Positions 36,201 to 51,400 of a stretch of DNA of 64,000 bases are shown piece by piece. Made by a program: the position numbers and the translations under genes. The DNA comes from Daphnia carinata (taxonomy: Eukaryota): positions 868,001 to 932,000 of the forward strand of contig NC_081334.1 in NCBI RefSeq assembly GCF_022539665.2, written 5' to 3'. Positions within the stretch are counted from its first letter, which is position 1. The number at the start of each line of letters is the position of its first letter. The notes under the pieces are model-generated. The model was given only the letters and a program-made list of their open reading frames with translations. It did not search any database and was not told the origin of the DNA.

Positions 36201-37477
36201 ACATAAATGCGGCCGCTGACAGTGCTGCCGAAACCTGTTCCAATTTTATATAGTCCGTTGGAGGTTAGCAGATAAACGTAGGATCCGTCACACGCTATCG
36301 AGTTCTCGATTACATCTTTATCTGCTAAAAAAAAAAAAATTGGTACATCACCTCTATATTGCATGGATGAAAGGGAAAAATACCCGCATTCACAGAAAAA
36401 GAAGTTACAAGTGTTTTCTTTTGAATCCCCTGGCTAAACCAGTCTGGTATATGCGAAGTGCCTACCAAGGCGGAACGCACTCCTTTTTGCAGCGTCAGCA
36501 TTATATTAGGTAGCTAAGAAAAAGCATGAATTAACTGATTCGAAATTCAGAATAAGATTTACAATAACTAACTGTAATTAACTGTGCGGCCAGTGGGCGG
36601 GCAACCGTAATGAGGGTGTCAAGTGCTTGCAATGTTTTAGGAGTCACACCCCAGGCGACAGTTAAACTAAGAAGACACGACGAAGCTAAAGATGACAAGC
36701 TTCCTTCTATTCCTTCCGTTTCTGCCGGAATAGTGCGGTCATTTTCGGCATCTACCACGGTTGATAATTTGAGAAGCAGTTCAAACAGGGGTTCTAATAT
36801 AAATCATAATATGAAGGGACATCCAAATTCATAATCAAATTTGAGTAATTATAAGACGATACCGACAACTTGACATGGCTCGGAACTCAAGCTTTCCGGG
36901 GAAAGATTTTGCAAAATGCCCAGAAGAGCTTTCAACACTTTGAAACATAATTCAGGATGTGATGACTTGCTTTCTTCTATCAGATCAAATATGCTTCGTA
37001 GACTTATTACAACAACCTATTACAAAAAAATGTTAACAATTATAAGAAAAAATTTAATAAAAAGGGAATGGCAGGTACCTGAGGAACTAGTTGATTTTTC
37101 TGGATTTCATCAGTAGATTTTTCTTCATTTTCAAAGTCTAAATTAGAACTCGTGAGCACCTTAGTCAGATTATATCCTTTCTTGGCAGCAGCATCTTGTT
37201 CCCTACGAATAAGTTTGCGTACAAAGGCAAGGGTGGTAAAGTAGGAAGGATCTGTATTGATTCGGAGATCCGAAGCAGTTATTGTGGAAGCAAACAATTC
37301 CTTAAAGCAAAAGAGTTTATTTTTGTTTTTTGTTCTACTTATGTTTCAGCATACCTTATAACCAGTCAAACTTTTTGAATTGTTGTTGGATCTTCCTTTT
37401 ATCAATGAGTTCTCTACCACACTGTGAAGAATTTTTCCAAGGTAAGATCCACAAGATAACCATTCTGAACTTTCCAT
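18210..37477 (-). CDS. hiw: E3 ubiquitin ligase highwire / MYCBP2 (PHR family), very large multi-exon gene
   Basis: RCC1-like repeats ([18 protein letters not shown]), PHR domains ([14 protein letters not shown]), filamin-like repeat, DOC domain ([16 protein letters not shown]), B-box, RING, and the C-terminal tandem-cysteine region ([56 protein letters not shown]). The likely start [10 protein letters not shown] at 37477 is less certain. Confidence 0.97.
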
Positions 37478-38978
37478 CTTGATGGGTGATGGGTCAACAA
37501 GACATCTTTGCCATCAGTCTCTGTTTCTACGAAGGTATCTGTAAAAATATGGGAAATTGAGATAGTTCAGGTCTGTGTCATATGTCAGGTATGCAGGCCA
37601 GACAAAGTGATAACTTCAAAAATTTCACGATAACCCATTCCACCTAAAAGTTCGGCAACTACTGGATTCAATTTTCTTTGAACATTGCTAAAAGCGGGAT
37701 CGATATGCGTATTTTTTTTATATTACACTATTGACCAGAAACACTTACACTGTAACAGCACAGATAGTTTTGCTAAATTATAAGTGACTGGGTTGAAAAC
37801 AAGTGTATGAAAACACGCAATGCAGCTGTGGATTTCTTTACTAAGATCACGAAGACCGGCTCCAACAAACTGACTCGAAGGTTTGTTGGATGTCGACTGC
37901 TAGTGCCCAGTCCTACATCCTAACTGCTGGAAGCCATGTCAAGCAGGTGCTTCAAGGTGCTCAGGGGGCAAATTTGTTTACTATTGTTACACTTACTAAA
38001 TCAAACCAGTTTGGTGCCAATGGTGCAACCAATTTCCAATGGTTGCTGTAGAAGAAAACGTTGACTAGCTTACGAGCAATAGCTTACAGGCAGTCCAATA
38101 TGGACACAGCAGAATAACGTTAACGTAAATCTTGCAATGATGGCTTTTGGTAAGCCAAAATTAGCTTTTTAAATCTTCTAGTTTTCTGCCACTAAACCAC
38201 GTGGTACGTGGGTTGAAAGCATATCGTATCGGTAAAAAAAAATCATTTTGCGCTTACCAGAAAAGGGGATTCCCAAACGATAGCAGAGCCATATAGAATC
38301 TTTATATAGCTGCCAAATATTTCTATAAAGCTATTAATATGTTTCCATAGCTCTGATACAGCGAACGGCCGATCAAACAAGGAACTACTGAACTGTATTG
38401 TATACTTTGACTGGAAGTCAATTGACAAGAAAAGTTAACTTTGCTTTAGAACAGAATTTTAAGCTTCCATTCCAGCGTAATGCAGCCGTAGGCTTCCCGA
38501 CTATTAAATGTTTAACTTTAAATGTTTAAATTCAACCATAGACGCTTCATGAAAATATTTTAGTTTCGTATAGTTTCAGATTGCGGCGATACATGTGATT
38601 TCAGGAGTTTCGCAACGCGGGTGAAAAAAGAAGAAAAACATGACAGCCGATAAAAATAAGTAATGTAATGTAATGCCCATGCCACAAATGTAAAATGAGA
38701 AACCGTTTCACACGAGGGTTCAAGCGACGACTTGGGTAAATGAACTCGGCCGCTCAACGTCCAAGTTGAGCACAATAACCGCATTTAGGAGACGGTAACA
38801 GCAGCAAACTTCTTTACTTATTATTTTGCTCTCTTTTTTTTCTTTATTGTAAAATGGATATCATACGCAAGTGTGCAAGTGCTGAGGTGTAGTTAATTTT
38901 AACTTCTAATAGGATAAAGAAAAAGAAAAGACGGGCATGGTGGTCATTTTCACGAAAGCAGTATGGTAGGAATCAACT

Positions 38979-41900
38979 TCAATTGGGTTTGGCCAATCGC
39001 GCGGACTTCCGAGCAGGTGTAACAACCGTGGTATCTTTCTCTTCTTCTTTACTTCTCTTTCTCGATTTAACTTCCGCCTCTGTTTCTTCTTCGGCAGCTG
39101 AACTACTGTAGGAAAGATGTTTGAAACAAAAATTTTAGATTCATTTGCTCGTTACTAGATAACACATTAGTGGTATACCTCTCTACTTCTTTTTCATTCA
39201 TTGCTGGGTTGCGGGGAGGCCGTCCACGACGTTTTGGAAGAGATTCTAACGGCTGTTCCGTGGGCTCCGACTGGTCTTCAGTTCCATTGCTGAATAAAGA
39301 CGCCGAAATGCTTAGGATCAATATGAGTGCACAATCACTAAACAACAGCTAGAAGTACTTTTGTGACATATTAGAGTTATCAGAATCCACTGTTGCTGAT
39401 GCAGCAGCAGCCGCCCGTTGTTTCGGTGAAAAATAGGAAGTTATTTTAGCCCCCGTCGTTTTCGGTTTCTCTTTGGAAATAGGTGTGGTTGCTTCTTGGG
39501 AATCTTCTGACCCACTGTTGGCACCAATCGAAGTGTGCGGTGCTGATGTACGAATACGTGAAGATCGTCTAGTAGCCATGGATTCATCTACGACATTAAA
39601 AAAAAAAAAAAGCAAAAAAAAAAAAACAAACAGCGATTAAATTTATGCATGGTAATGGATATTAAAGATGACACTACCTGTATTAGAGGCAGACTGCATA
39701 ACGGTTTGGTCAAAAGATTCTTCAGGTTCTTCATCTGACTCAACGTCATCAAGCTAAGATAAATATTTAAATGTCAGCACATAAATTAGCATCGACTGCC
39801 ACTGCGGGGTTCTAGTTATTCTTTATTTTTTTTTTTTTAAATCAACTTACATCTTGCTTTGGAGGGCGACCTCTTCTTCCACCTTTACCCCGTATGCTTG
39901 CTCCCGAGAAGGATTTCAATGCAGATACCTTAACCAGTCCACTTCCAACACCCCCTCCGCCAACTGTACTCGCTTTCTTCGGAGGAGCTATTTGTAACTC
40001 GGGTGGCAAATAGATCTTCGTGTTTAAAAAATTGGGATCATCATGAGTCCTGCAATGAATGAAAATGAGGTAATATAGATCTATCGTTTTTTTTTCTATT
40101 AACAAGAGTCTATTCTTTCATACCTGAAATACATCGAAGGGATTCGTGGTTGAGTAGGGTAGTCTTTCATTTCAAAACTGGTTGTTTTTTGCATGATTAA
40201 ACCCATCGCCAAATCGCAAACAGCCCACAGTTTTGCATTGCTTTCTTCATCTTCAGGTTTAAGAGCATCGCGATGATTTTTCATACGCTCTATTAGCGCT
40301 TTATAAAAGCCAAAGCAATAATTTTCATGCTTGTTCATTAGAGGCTCCAAAACGAACCACAGACATTGGCGAATACGCAGTAATTGCTCAGTGTTAGTGT
40401 GGCTTGTAAATTCCGGATCATGAGCAAGGATAGGCACTGCATAGACCAACATATAGTCGGGCAAAATGTATGGCAACTTATCGGCCATTCGCTCCATACT
40501 CCCAGACATCTGTAGTTCTCTCTGGTAATCCCGACGTTTCGAGATATCTGCCAGCATAGAACGGCGAATAATTGCTAACAATTGAGCGAAACAATTTCAT
40601 TACTATTGCCACAATATATGCAAGAATTTAATTTATTTTACCTTTAATACGTTTGTCTTCTTCAGTTCCCGCCAATGCGTAAACCCCCATGAAGTCAAGA
40701 GGCAAAGAACGAAGAGGCATTCGATAGAGGCCTCGGTGTAGCTTTGCGGTAAAGCGTTCGCGCACTTCCGGCATGTCATCAGCGATCAGAAGAGAAAGAC
40801 TGTAGAACTGATCAACCGTGAATTGATCGCCAACTCCTTTCTGTTCACAGATTTTCAACATAGCGGTTCCGGCAGACAATCTCAGCCAAGCCATTTCGGT
40901 TTTCCCGATTCTTCCACCGTCGAAAAGGTCTCCGCGGTGTTGGATGAAAGCTGTCAACATCCTAAACGTTTTCTGTGCTGACATGACATCGTTTTTCAAA
41001 CCAATTAACCATCTAGCCATCATTTTCATGGCTTCCACTTTGCAGCGTGTCTCTTCTGGAAGTTGATCTTCCTCACACCATTCGTCATTTGATATATCGG
41101 ATGAAATAGGCTGTGTTTCTCCATGATTCTGCAATGAAATAGAACATATATGAATGACGGTAACGTGCGAAATTTCAAAGTCGAAAATGTTTACCTTAAG
41201 CAACAACTCTTTAACGATTTTTCTGGATACTATGTTTTTAATTTGAATAGTAAAGCGGTCAGGAAGTAAAAGCGCCATGTGACCAAGGGTCACGATTGAG
41301 GTACGACAGTGAGGGGAAGACGTAGTCAAGTTGTCCTTTAACGACTCCAAAATTTTCGAGAACACCTGTTCGTGATTTGTAATGTTCACGTGGAGGCAAC
41401 GCATGGCATGTTTAGCTTGTTTTGTAGTGCCTTCAGTTGCCAAACGTTCGCAGATTGGGATTAACTGACTGACAATGTCTCGGAACTGAGCCTCTAAAGG
41501 TCGATACTTTCCAACGAAAGTGAGGATACACAATACCATGGCACTAACACTATGATCTTGACTATCAAGCGATAGAATATTCACAAGTCGAGTTAAAACG
41601 TCCTCCGACATAAAGTGCGCTGGAAATCCGAAAGCAAGGACAAACAGAAGGCGGAGCCCCTTTTCACCGGCTGTTTCCGGTTCGATACCGATTTCTTCAG
41701 CCATCGTACCTTCGTCGCGCCTCAAACAGGCTTCCACATATTGAACCTAAAAATAAAAAACACAATCATTGTCAAATATGGCTTCATGTTAGGGATAAAT
41801 CATTTTTTAAAAATTACAAATTCTGATATTTACCAAATGAGTAACAGCATCTTTGTCAATGAGAACTGAAGAAATCCGCTCCATTAGTAGCTTCACGGTG

Positions 41901-44113
41901 TTGTAATACAGATTGGTCATAACGGGTTGACCCAGCTTTTTCAATAGCTGTGTTCCGGCTTCAGCACATTCCTTACAGCTTACTTCCGGATTAACCACGG
42001 TTTCCAGTAATTGAAGCATACTGCTATCGCTCGCCAAATTGACAGCAAACTTGTGAATGAATTCAGCCGCTTTGATTGGATCTGGAAGGTACTTGGACAA
42101 TTGTGCAACTCTGGTGGTAATTTCCTTGTCTCGGTTTTCGCCTGGTTCAAGTTGGTTGTAAACTTCTGTCAAGTCTGACACAGCTTTCCGAACCGTGGCT
42201 TGACTTTTCTGAAGTTCTATGAATGATTTGGTAGCGTTTTCGTCGATAGTAGCGTACAAGTAATACAATTTTTTCATTCTGACGTCGGCTGGTAACTGAT
42301 ACGGGACAAGACAAGTATTGAGCAGGCGTTCAACAAGGAGCCGATCTTCGAGTCCAGTCATGTAATATCCATGCAAGATCTTGTCTTTAATCCAGGTCAC
42401 TGCTTTTTTTGTGGTTTCTGGAACATCAGGATCACCCAAAAATGTCTTATAAATCATAGCTAATCCTGTTAAGGCCTCCTTTCGAATTTTGAACTTCTTG
42501 TCCAATGTCCGTTCTTTAACAAAATTCACAAGGTCCTCACTAGAACCAGACGAAAAGAGGGAAAAGTGCCATTTAACATTTAAAAACAAACAAATAAATT
42601 TATTAATTTAATTTGTTATTACCTGTCTGAAACTATTGAGAAGTCCCGCTTGGCCGTGGCAACTATTGCCGTCACAACCTCGTACCTGAAAAAAATTTAT
42701 GAGGGTTAATGTTATCAAAAACCTGTCCATCACAGTAAGAGGTCGGAGCAGTGTAGCCTTACCGAACAGATTCCTCTGCGTCATGCTGGCGTAGCTTTAA
42801 AGTTTCTGTTACATCTTGCCTCAATTCAGGATGGTTTAGCAAGAAATGCATAGAATATTGGACACACTTCGTACGAATGGCTACGCTGATGTCATTAAAT
42901 CTATGAAATGTAAGATTAACGATATTATGTGCTACTCGCTTGTTACTCGTAGAAATCCTCGTACCTCCCAAGGAATGCTCGCCAGAGCTGACGATGTTGG
43001 GTGGCAAGTTGAGAATCTTTTTCTGAAAACATTCTGGCAAGAAGAGAGACGCAGCCCATTCTCTCTTGCTCATCAGGGCTCTTCAATTTAAATTCCAACT
43101 GCGGCAAGACTGACAAAAGCACTCTGGAACAAACATGATACAACTCATAAATCAAGTCGTACACCTTTGTAGCAATAAAGAGCTGCTTGTCCTCTTTCCC
43201 AAGAATTAGAACTTGGTTGAAAAACTAAAAAAAAAACACATGAACCATAACGTAGAATGTTTAGTATAGAAATTCAATCAATACCGCTTGGATATAGGGT
43301 TCCAGAGTATCGCTACACTTTAATAGGAGTTCCCTTGCAAGTTTGTATGCATTTTTCCGTTGAGATTTTAGCGGTTCAACAATATTCGATAATATTATAT
43401 CCAGCAGCTCATTAGACACCGAATCCGACTCGGTTATGAGCGGGCATAAAATATCAAGCATGAAACTCTTCACTTTACCAGAATGTTCATCACTGTAAGT
43501 TAAGAAATCATTTGAGAGGAATTGTTTTTTTTTAAACAGAGAAGTGAAAGCAAGAATACTTACTTGACAATTTTGAAGATGAGTTTAAAGAGCTCACAGA
43601 AGATTTCTTGGCAATCCTCAAGGTCAAAGCACATGTTGAAGGACTTGACATATGCAAGATTTTCAAGCAGATAGAAATAACGTTTGAAGGCAGGATCTTT
43701 AGGATCCTTCAGCCCCCCTAATTGACGAATTAGAAAAAGGAAAATTCCTTTGACTTGCTCTGGATCTGTGTAGGGAGCATCTGGAGCATAGACTCGTAAA
43801 ACATCAGCAATACAACAAGCAATCAGCAATTGGACATCTCTTGAATGATGCTGGAGAAAAAAATCATCAGCCAAATGGAGAGCAAGTGGTACAAATTCCT
43901 GGTATGCACCTTCTTCTTGCCCCATGGACTGGAAAGTATGTGCTAAAGTCTACCAATTAAGAGGACAAAACCAATTTGCAGTAAAATTAGAATTTTTTGT
44001 TCTACAAGTATTACCTTAAGTCTTCTTATAAGTTCATCAGGAGTAAGATCTTCTGTGACTTCTTTACACCCTTGTGGGTAGATTATGGTCACGGTATCGC
44101 CTCCACCAGGCAT
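38979..44113 (-). CDS. PDS5: Sister chromatid cohesion protein PDS5 homolog, multi-exon
   Basis: MPGGGDTVTIIYPQGCKEVTEDLTPDELIRRLK, DVQLLIACCIADVLRVYAPDAPY, ERTLDKKFKIRKEAL, LPDYMLVYAVPILAHDP. The C-terminal tail has AT-hook-like RRGRPP motifs. Stop TGA at 38979-38981. Confidence 0.97.
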
Positions 44114-44994
44114 TTTGGGGTCCTAACAGTTTGAAAATCATAATATACACATAAATTGAATTTCACTCTTAATTTGAATAAATAGGAAGCGAAATTTTGC
44201 GTTGGTATCCCATTTCATAGAATGGTATAATAATAAGACTTTGGAGCTTAAACAAATCTTTGGTAGCAATTAATGTGTAACTGTCAACCAGGCTCTTATC
44301 AAACAGGAAAAACGAACAAGTAAACCTCTTTAGTAACCGGATTGATCAAATGCGTTGAAGATTATCACAAAAGATATTATTACACTGTAAAAATGACCAA
44401 TTGGCCGAATTCCTTTGCGTATAAAAATCACAGCAGCTTTAAGTCAGAAGTGCCGCTAACTCACAACAATTCAATGGATTCAGTTAACATGGGCGACTCA
44501 AGAGATGGCACTCAAACCGCCGCCATTTTCTTGGCATTGGATGTCGAGCTCAATAGGGGACGCCGTAAACGTCTTGTAACAAACAAAAACGTATTTATTC
44601 CTGATGCCGTTTTTTTCTGGAATGGTTCTACATTAATACATCACATCTGAATGCGTCTAGTATTCCTTGTTAGCTAATGAACCTTCTGGTACAATAAGTT
44701 GCATAACGAGAAACCCATCCCGAGCCAAAAGATGGAGCCACGTTTTGGACCCGGGAGTTTGTTTTTAAGTACGGAGTCCAAACCAACACCAATCTTTACA
44801 ACAAAACGTTTTCAAACAAAACCACACTCTTAGCACGATTGCACTGTTAAATACAATAATATTGTTTCAACATACCTTAATTTCACTTGGTTTTTGGTCG
44901 AATCAACTGCGCGTTAATTGAGCGTTGACAAGCTTCCTTTGATTTCATGTAAATAGCTAGGACCTAAAGCAAGGGCGCACTCATGCGGCTGGTT

Positions 44995-45021
44995 TTTGAA
45001 CGAATGACCAATGGCGGGAAA
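44995..45021. promoter_or_regulatory. Cell-cycle-type motif cluster (CHR-like TTTGAA, CCAAT, E2F GGCGGGAAA) between the divergent PDS5 and NEIL1 genes
   Basis: Three motifs within 27 nt in the divergent intergenic region. Motif match only. Confidence 0.4.
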
Positions 45022-45429
45022 AGTTTCGCATTTTTTTCGATAGAGCTATATTTTCTGTTTTATATATTAGAACTAGAAAAAGTTAAATAAAATATTTCTC
45101 CCTTGTCTATTTCAAGTTTCCAGTTCACTTTTCTTAAATGCTAGAGAACAGGTCTTGATTGTAACAACAAAGCATATACCTTCTGTTAGCCTTAACAAAA
45201 AAAGTTTTACAGCGCCAATGAGTATAGTTTACAACAGTATTTTCAGTCACTTCTGCTGTATGCTCGAGTTGACAAACAAACAGCCCAAATACAAAATTCA
45301 CTGCTTGTTTAACCATGGCTAGTGGCGCCCTACTGCGTCTATTTGCTTGTACGGCACTGCGGCCAATCAGTGTATACACCAGTGTCTGCATAATGTTTGG
45401 CAGAACTCAAACATTTTAAAGAATCCACT

Positions 45430-47019
45430 ATGCCTGAGGGACCTGAACTTCACCTATCTAGCTTATTTGTCAACAAATCAGTGAAAGGATTGATTTTTTC
45501 TGGGGAAATTCATAAATCTGATGTTTCCAAAAATCCAACAATACAATGGGATGTTCCGTTTTACACCATTACGGCTGAATCCCGAGGTAAAGAAATGAAA
45601 CTTTGGCTAGAAGAATACTCACTACTGGAAGGGAAACAAGTGATGCACCCACAGAAGATGTCCATCCTTTTCCGGTTTGGCATGTCTGGATGTTTCAAAT
45701 TATCCTCTATTGATGAAATTCCAAAACATTCACATTTAAGGTTAGTAATTGGTTCAAGCACATATATTTCTTTTCACTGAAGTTGTTACTGTTTCATTGG
45801 TAATAGATTTTTTACAGCAAAAAACAGTGTTGATCCCATGCAAGTTCTTAGCTTTGTTGATTTTCGAAGATTTGGAAAATGGGAAGTCAATGTTGATTGG
45901 GGTTCAGACAGAGGCCCATGTCCTATAAGAGACTATGAAAACTTCAGAAATAATATTGTGAACAATTTAGAAAATCCTGCTTTTAAAAATAAAGCCATTT
46001 GTGAAGTATTACTGAATCAAAGGTATTTCAATGGAATTGGAAACTACCTTAGAGCTGAGATATTATTCAGGTTTAAAAATCATGTCATCAGACTAAAGCA
46101 GAAAAATTAACAGTGAGGAATAATATTCATTTATTAGATTGAAAATAGCTCCTTTTGATGATGCCTATAATGTGCTCTGTGATTGGAAACATGCAGCCAT
46201 GTACCCAATAAAAACTGAAAAGGGTGCTGCACCCAGCAATCAGGACCCACTGTATCTTTGCCATGCAATATGCAGTGAAGTATTAAAGCTGAGTAATATT
46301 GTTACATTACATTTTGTATACATGCAGACTGTAATTTTCCTTAGTGGTTGTGTTTCACTCTGCACTTTTTGTTGTATAACAGTAACATTTAAATTCTACA
46401 GTAGAACTAGAAGGAATGGATGATAAAAATTGTAGATTTTCTTTGATGTACACTATCATACAAATTAAACGTGCACAGGAAAATACAATCCCGAAGAAAT
46501 CTACACACGCCACTGTGCTTTTTTTAAGTTGATACATGTGTAAAGTTGCTCATTCACTAATTTCAACATTTTTTGCTTTAATTAATAAAGGTGGTGGATA
46601 TGATGTGGAAACTGGCCTCAAGGAGAATGGATCCTTTGAAAAATGGCTTCAGTGTTACCAAAACCCCCACATGAAAAGCCTAACAGATAGAAATAAACGA
46701 ACCATATGGTTCGACGGTGAACCAGGACCGCTAATACCTAATAGTAAGAAATGCCTAAAGTCTTAAATTGTTATTGTTGTCCAGCAACGTATTTCTAGCA
46801 CTTTTATTTCTGAAAAAAATATCAGACAGTAATACCCGTCGGCCTAAAACAAAACGGAGGATTGTCGAAAACGTGGTAGAAAAATCTGTTACAAAAGTTA
46901 AAGCAAGAAAACAGAACATTGTGGCAGAATCTTCAGAACTTCGGCCTAGTTCACGACCAACACGCCGCTCACCACGTTTTGTCCATGTCCTTGAAGTCAA
47001 AGGTGAGCAAACCTTCTAA
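45430..47019 (+). CDS. NEIL1: Endonuclease VIII-like 1 DNA glycosylase, multi-exon
   Basis: Catalytic N-terminus MPEGPELH, SRGKEM, FRFGMSG, FVDFRRFGKW, H2TH ICEVLLNQRYFNGIGNYLRAEILFR, WLQCY..RTIWFDGEPGPL, and a basic C-tail. Confidence 0.96.
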
Positions 47020-48430
47020 CTTGGAATTATTTCCTGGTACCACGGAGGTGAACTATTCGGTCTCGCTTATTATTTGTTTTCCCCTTTAAATGTCAGAAGT
47101 GGGCTAGTTAAATCTTCAGTTGCGTTCCTAGAACGTTGGAAAATTACGTTTGTTTCCAGAACTAAATACTCAGCTACTGCAACTTGTCAAACCAAGTCTG
47201 CTGAGTACCATTGCATTATGTATAGGTCACAGATTCTGAGCAGCCTGTACCTGGTAAAAATTCGCATCAAAAAGCTAATCTCACATCCCTACCACATAGT
47301 TTACATCTGGCCAATATAAATGTATACATTGAATTATGTTTGTGATCTGATTTTCAGTTGTTGTATTCGTTGTGTGCAATTATTAAATCCAGTTAATTAC
47401 AGTTTACAACGTAACAGTTATATTAATTTATTCATGGAAAGACTCACCAAGTAATTCCCAAACCTGATTAAAAAATGCCATTAAGCGTAGGGTTGGGGAC
47501 TAAGTGGCAGAGGACTCTTGGCGAAATGTTTTTGCTCAGTACGGTGTTTAAAATGCGATGTATATAGAGTGATAGATGAAGACATTTCGAAGAAAGAGTG
47601 GATAAGAAAGCCAACATGACACAAAGGATGCTGAAGGATTAAGGGGGAAATCCTGTCAAATAATGCAACAACGTGCGTAATGAGAGACCAACTAAAATCG
47701 TCGGCTAAGTATACTAAGCATGCAACATCTTTAGTAATTACGAATAGTTATCTAATAATGTTTTAGGCAGAATAGGGTTAGATATTTATGCGCGACCAAC
47801 GTCGGATAGGATAAAAGATTATCGAAGCAGTGTATTAATACGTTGAAGATATATAAATGACGGCGACATTTTAAACGAAGCGCTTTAAAAAATTTCTAGG
47901 AAAGTCCAGGATAGACAGTTCGCAAGATTGTTGTGGAACTTTTCATTGCAACGGACATATACTAAATTTTCGAACCAAACTCGATGTTCTTAAAAGAGCT
48001 CTTTGTACACTGGGAGATCGTAGAAAGCTGCTTTACACTTCACGCTTTACATTTTTTTTTCAGGAGAAAAAAAAATTTAACAAAAAAAAAAAATGTATAA
48101 GACGGTAATTAATGATGTTGTAAGAAAATAGTAAAGTAAAGCGATAGAGACGATGCAGCAATGAAGCCCCAGCGATAAATGAATGCACTGGTCCCTTCAC
48201 CATGTACGAGTATACTACATCAAGTGTTGCTGAGAAAGAAGTAAACTCTACAAAGAAGTTTAACGAATATGTACAACAAATACGACCATTAGCATCAGCG
48301 ACGATGAGGAAGAGCGAACGTCGAAACAGATTTTTTCATTTTCCTAAAACAAAAGGTTCAAATAAATTTCGCGCTCGATGCAAACTGCAGTTATTTCTAC
48401 GTCCGCACACCATACCGTGTTCTTAATTTC

Positions 48431-51400
48431 TTACTTGAAAGGATTGCTGCTGACAAAGCGACTCGACGATCCAGACGGAACGGCCGCGACAGGCGCAGGC
48501 TCGACAAAGACGGCATCCGTTCCGGTTCGAAATTTTGAAGCTGTTGTGTGTTGCATGTAACCGGGCTTACTAACTAGTTGGGTTCTCTGCGATGCTGTTG
48601 GGAGGTCTGACGAACTCTTGCTGAATAGGTGACCCCTTCGGAGTTTCGGAGTAAGCGAAATCCCATTTTTAGGATCCTTGGATGGTGTCCTAACTGGGAT
48701 ACTACTAATCCCCGTTCTGGGAATGGCAAAATTTTCTTTGTTGTTTGGGCTAGAAAAATTTGCATTCGGGATCGCGGCTGGCTGAAATGGGACATTCGTA
48801 GGCAGGTCTATCAATGGCATGGGCAAGCTCAGCTCGTCCGTTGTACAAACGGATGACTAAAACAAAAGCAGGAAGCATCAAGTCCGGCATCCGAAAAGGA
48901 GAGAATTTCATCTACTTACCTTTGCGTTCACGGGCACAGGTTCAGTCGCAGGTAAGTTCATATCGAAGGTCACATCAAGACCGTTCGACTGTAGAACAAC
49001 GGTTTCGTCCAAATTGGCCGGCACTGTAACTGCTGCTGGTACAAAAATGGGCGGAATGCTTTGCACATGGCGAAGTACTGAGCTGGGAGGGACATCTAAA
49101 TGAAGGTTCGCTTCTGTCAGCGGTGACAAAGTTACCCCCTCGTTGAAAGTTGGATTGGTTTCATCTCTCAGTGTTTCTTCTCTCTGGTCCGCCCAGCATA
49201 CTCCACGCCCTCCTTCCACCATTGCGATCAAGCTCTAAAATATGTAAAAATGTATCGATAAAACAACGCTAGTTGCGAATATAAAATTAATTATCCGGAA
49301 CAGCGCAAACACGCAAGAGTTCTACACAAGGCTGTCAGTTTTCATGTTGCTTAGTGAGTGTAAAATCTAGTCACAGGAAGGTTTTTAACTGTGATCCAGA
49401 CCAACGCTCACTGAGCACTATGGAAATATTCAAACTGTGCACATGATAGATAAATAATGATACTGATATTAATAAGGTAAAATTACGTTGAAATCCGCCT
49501 CCATATAAGTCGGTACGGCATCGTTCACACGAAGTGTCAGATAAAGTGATTTCGCAGTTTTCATGAGTTGTAAAAGTAAAGTTTCGGATTTAGCATTTTC
49601 TTCAGACTGAACTTGCAAGGTTTTCGTTAAGTACTGGTTCTGGTCTTTGGTTTCTTGGAGGGCAACCTAGAACATTTGAAAAAGGACTTAGCTGTAATAG
49701 AATTATCATTTGCTGATGAAAGGAGGTAGTACCTCTAATTGCTTCATGCGCATTGCATCATAGATGATTTGTTTTAATTCGTCATTGCCAAGATCGCGCA
49801 TCGCAATTTCGAATTCATTGCTCAGTGCGTTTTCCTTGCTGGAGCTCAACGCCAAGCGCTTGGAAAGCTCATTTTTCTTTTGACTAATGATTTCAAGTTT
49901 CGGTTTTTGCGAATTGATCTCCCGTTCAAGTTTTGTGCGCAGTTTTTCTAATCTAAATATTTTATAGAAGGATAGTGGTTAGGCATGATCTCACGAGAGT
50001 AACACAAGCAAACCTTACCTCAAGGTAGACAAGCTGATACATTCAACTCGATCATTCTTCTGATTTTTCAACATGATTTTGTGCTGAAAATCCTTTTCAA
50101 GTTGATCTAGGTTTGCAAGCTTATGCTGGACTTCCCGCCTGTCATGAAAAAGGGTACCCCAGGCTTCTCTCGCTTGGCGCAATGCCATAGTAGGAAAGGT
50201 CGCGAGCGGATCAACGACCGGGGCGACGACCTCATCTGGCTCTTTCGGTATTTCTTTGTCTAAGCACTTGGGGCACGGAGTACTTTCGACAGTAGGAAGG
50301 ACAATGTGGGGTTCCTGCGGTGCTTTTGAATCTTCAAATGTTCGAATTTTGTCATTTGCGGATGCTAAGGCAGACCTTAGTTCAGAAATCATTTTTTCGT
50401 ATTGCGTCACATGAAGCTGAACCGATCTCTCGTTTTTCTTCACCTAAGATATGCATATAATATGTTAGGCTAGCAAACTTTAATTTTTCAATAAAATTTC
50501 TTACATTGGATTTGATGTTTTTGGCTCTATCAGCGTATTTCAGAGTGTTGTATGTATCTTCTAGAGTGACACTTGACGGTGACACTGCCGCTATCATGAC
50601 AGTTTTGCAATTACCGCCGAGCGAGTCTTGCAAAAGTCGCGTTAGCTTCGAATCGCGATATGGAACATGCCTACGACCCTCGGCCAACGCATTAATACAA
50701 TTCCCTGTTCAGAAAATATAAACATATAAAAATGTATCGGTTTTCAGATTAAATAAAATGATTGCTTTTAGATTACCTAGCGCTAGGAGCGATCGGTTAA
50801 TATTGTTACCCTCTCGGAATCGTTCTCCAGTATGTCCCGTAGCACAGCCCCTTTCTGAACCCGCTAAGTCGATGAGTGACATTTTAGCCACTTTGAAATT
50901 GTTACTTAGTCCAGAGGCACGGTCACTTTGTTTGATCCATACCTGACATGATTAATTAGTTACGCTTAGAAATGTGTCATCAATGCATAATTACTTGAAA
51001 AACAGCATGAGATCGCGAAGACTCCGCGTTGTGGTCTGTGGGATGCTGAGTCCGGTTACTATTGCCGTATTTTAGGAGGGATAGTAAGTCTTCGGCACCA
51101 TTTGGTTTTACCAAAGACAGGCCTGTCACAGTGATGCCATCATTACCGTTGTCTCTGATAGTCAAAAAATTTGACTGAGCCAATAAATCTCTCACGTTTT
51201 CATTATAAACCTAAATGCAAAAAAAAAAATATATTTAGATATTAGTTTTAGATACAGGCGGTTGTTCAGAAAAGTTTTACTTCAAGATAAGACACAGAAA
51301 TTTCAAATTTTTTGGTTCCGCGAAGCTCTTCCATTCGGCGGTAAAGATCCATAACAGTTAAAAAAATTATGCCAGGATTTTGTTGTGTTCCTAGCATGGT

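Noticed and set aside
18210..44113. Numerous short plus-strand ORFs over highwire and PDS5
   Set aside because: They are antisense shadows of the coding exons with no independent coding signal.
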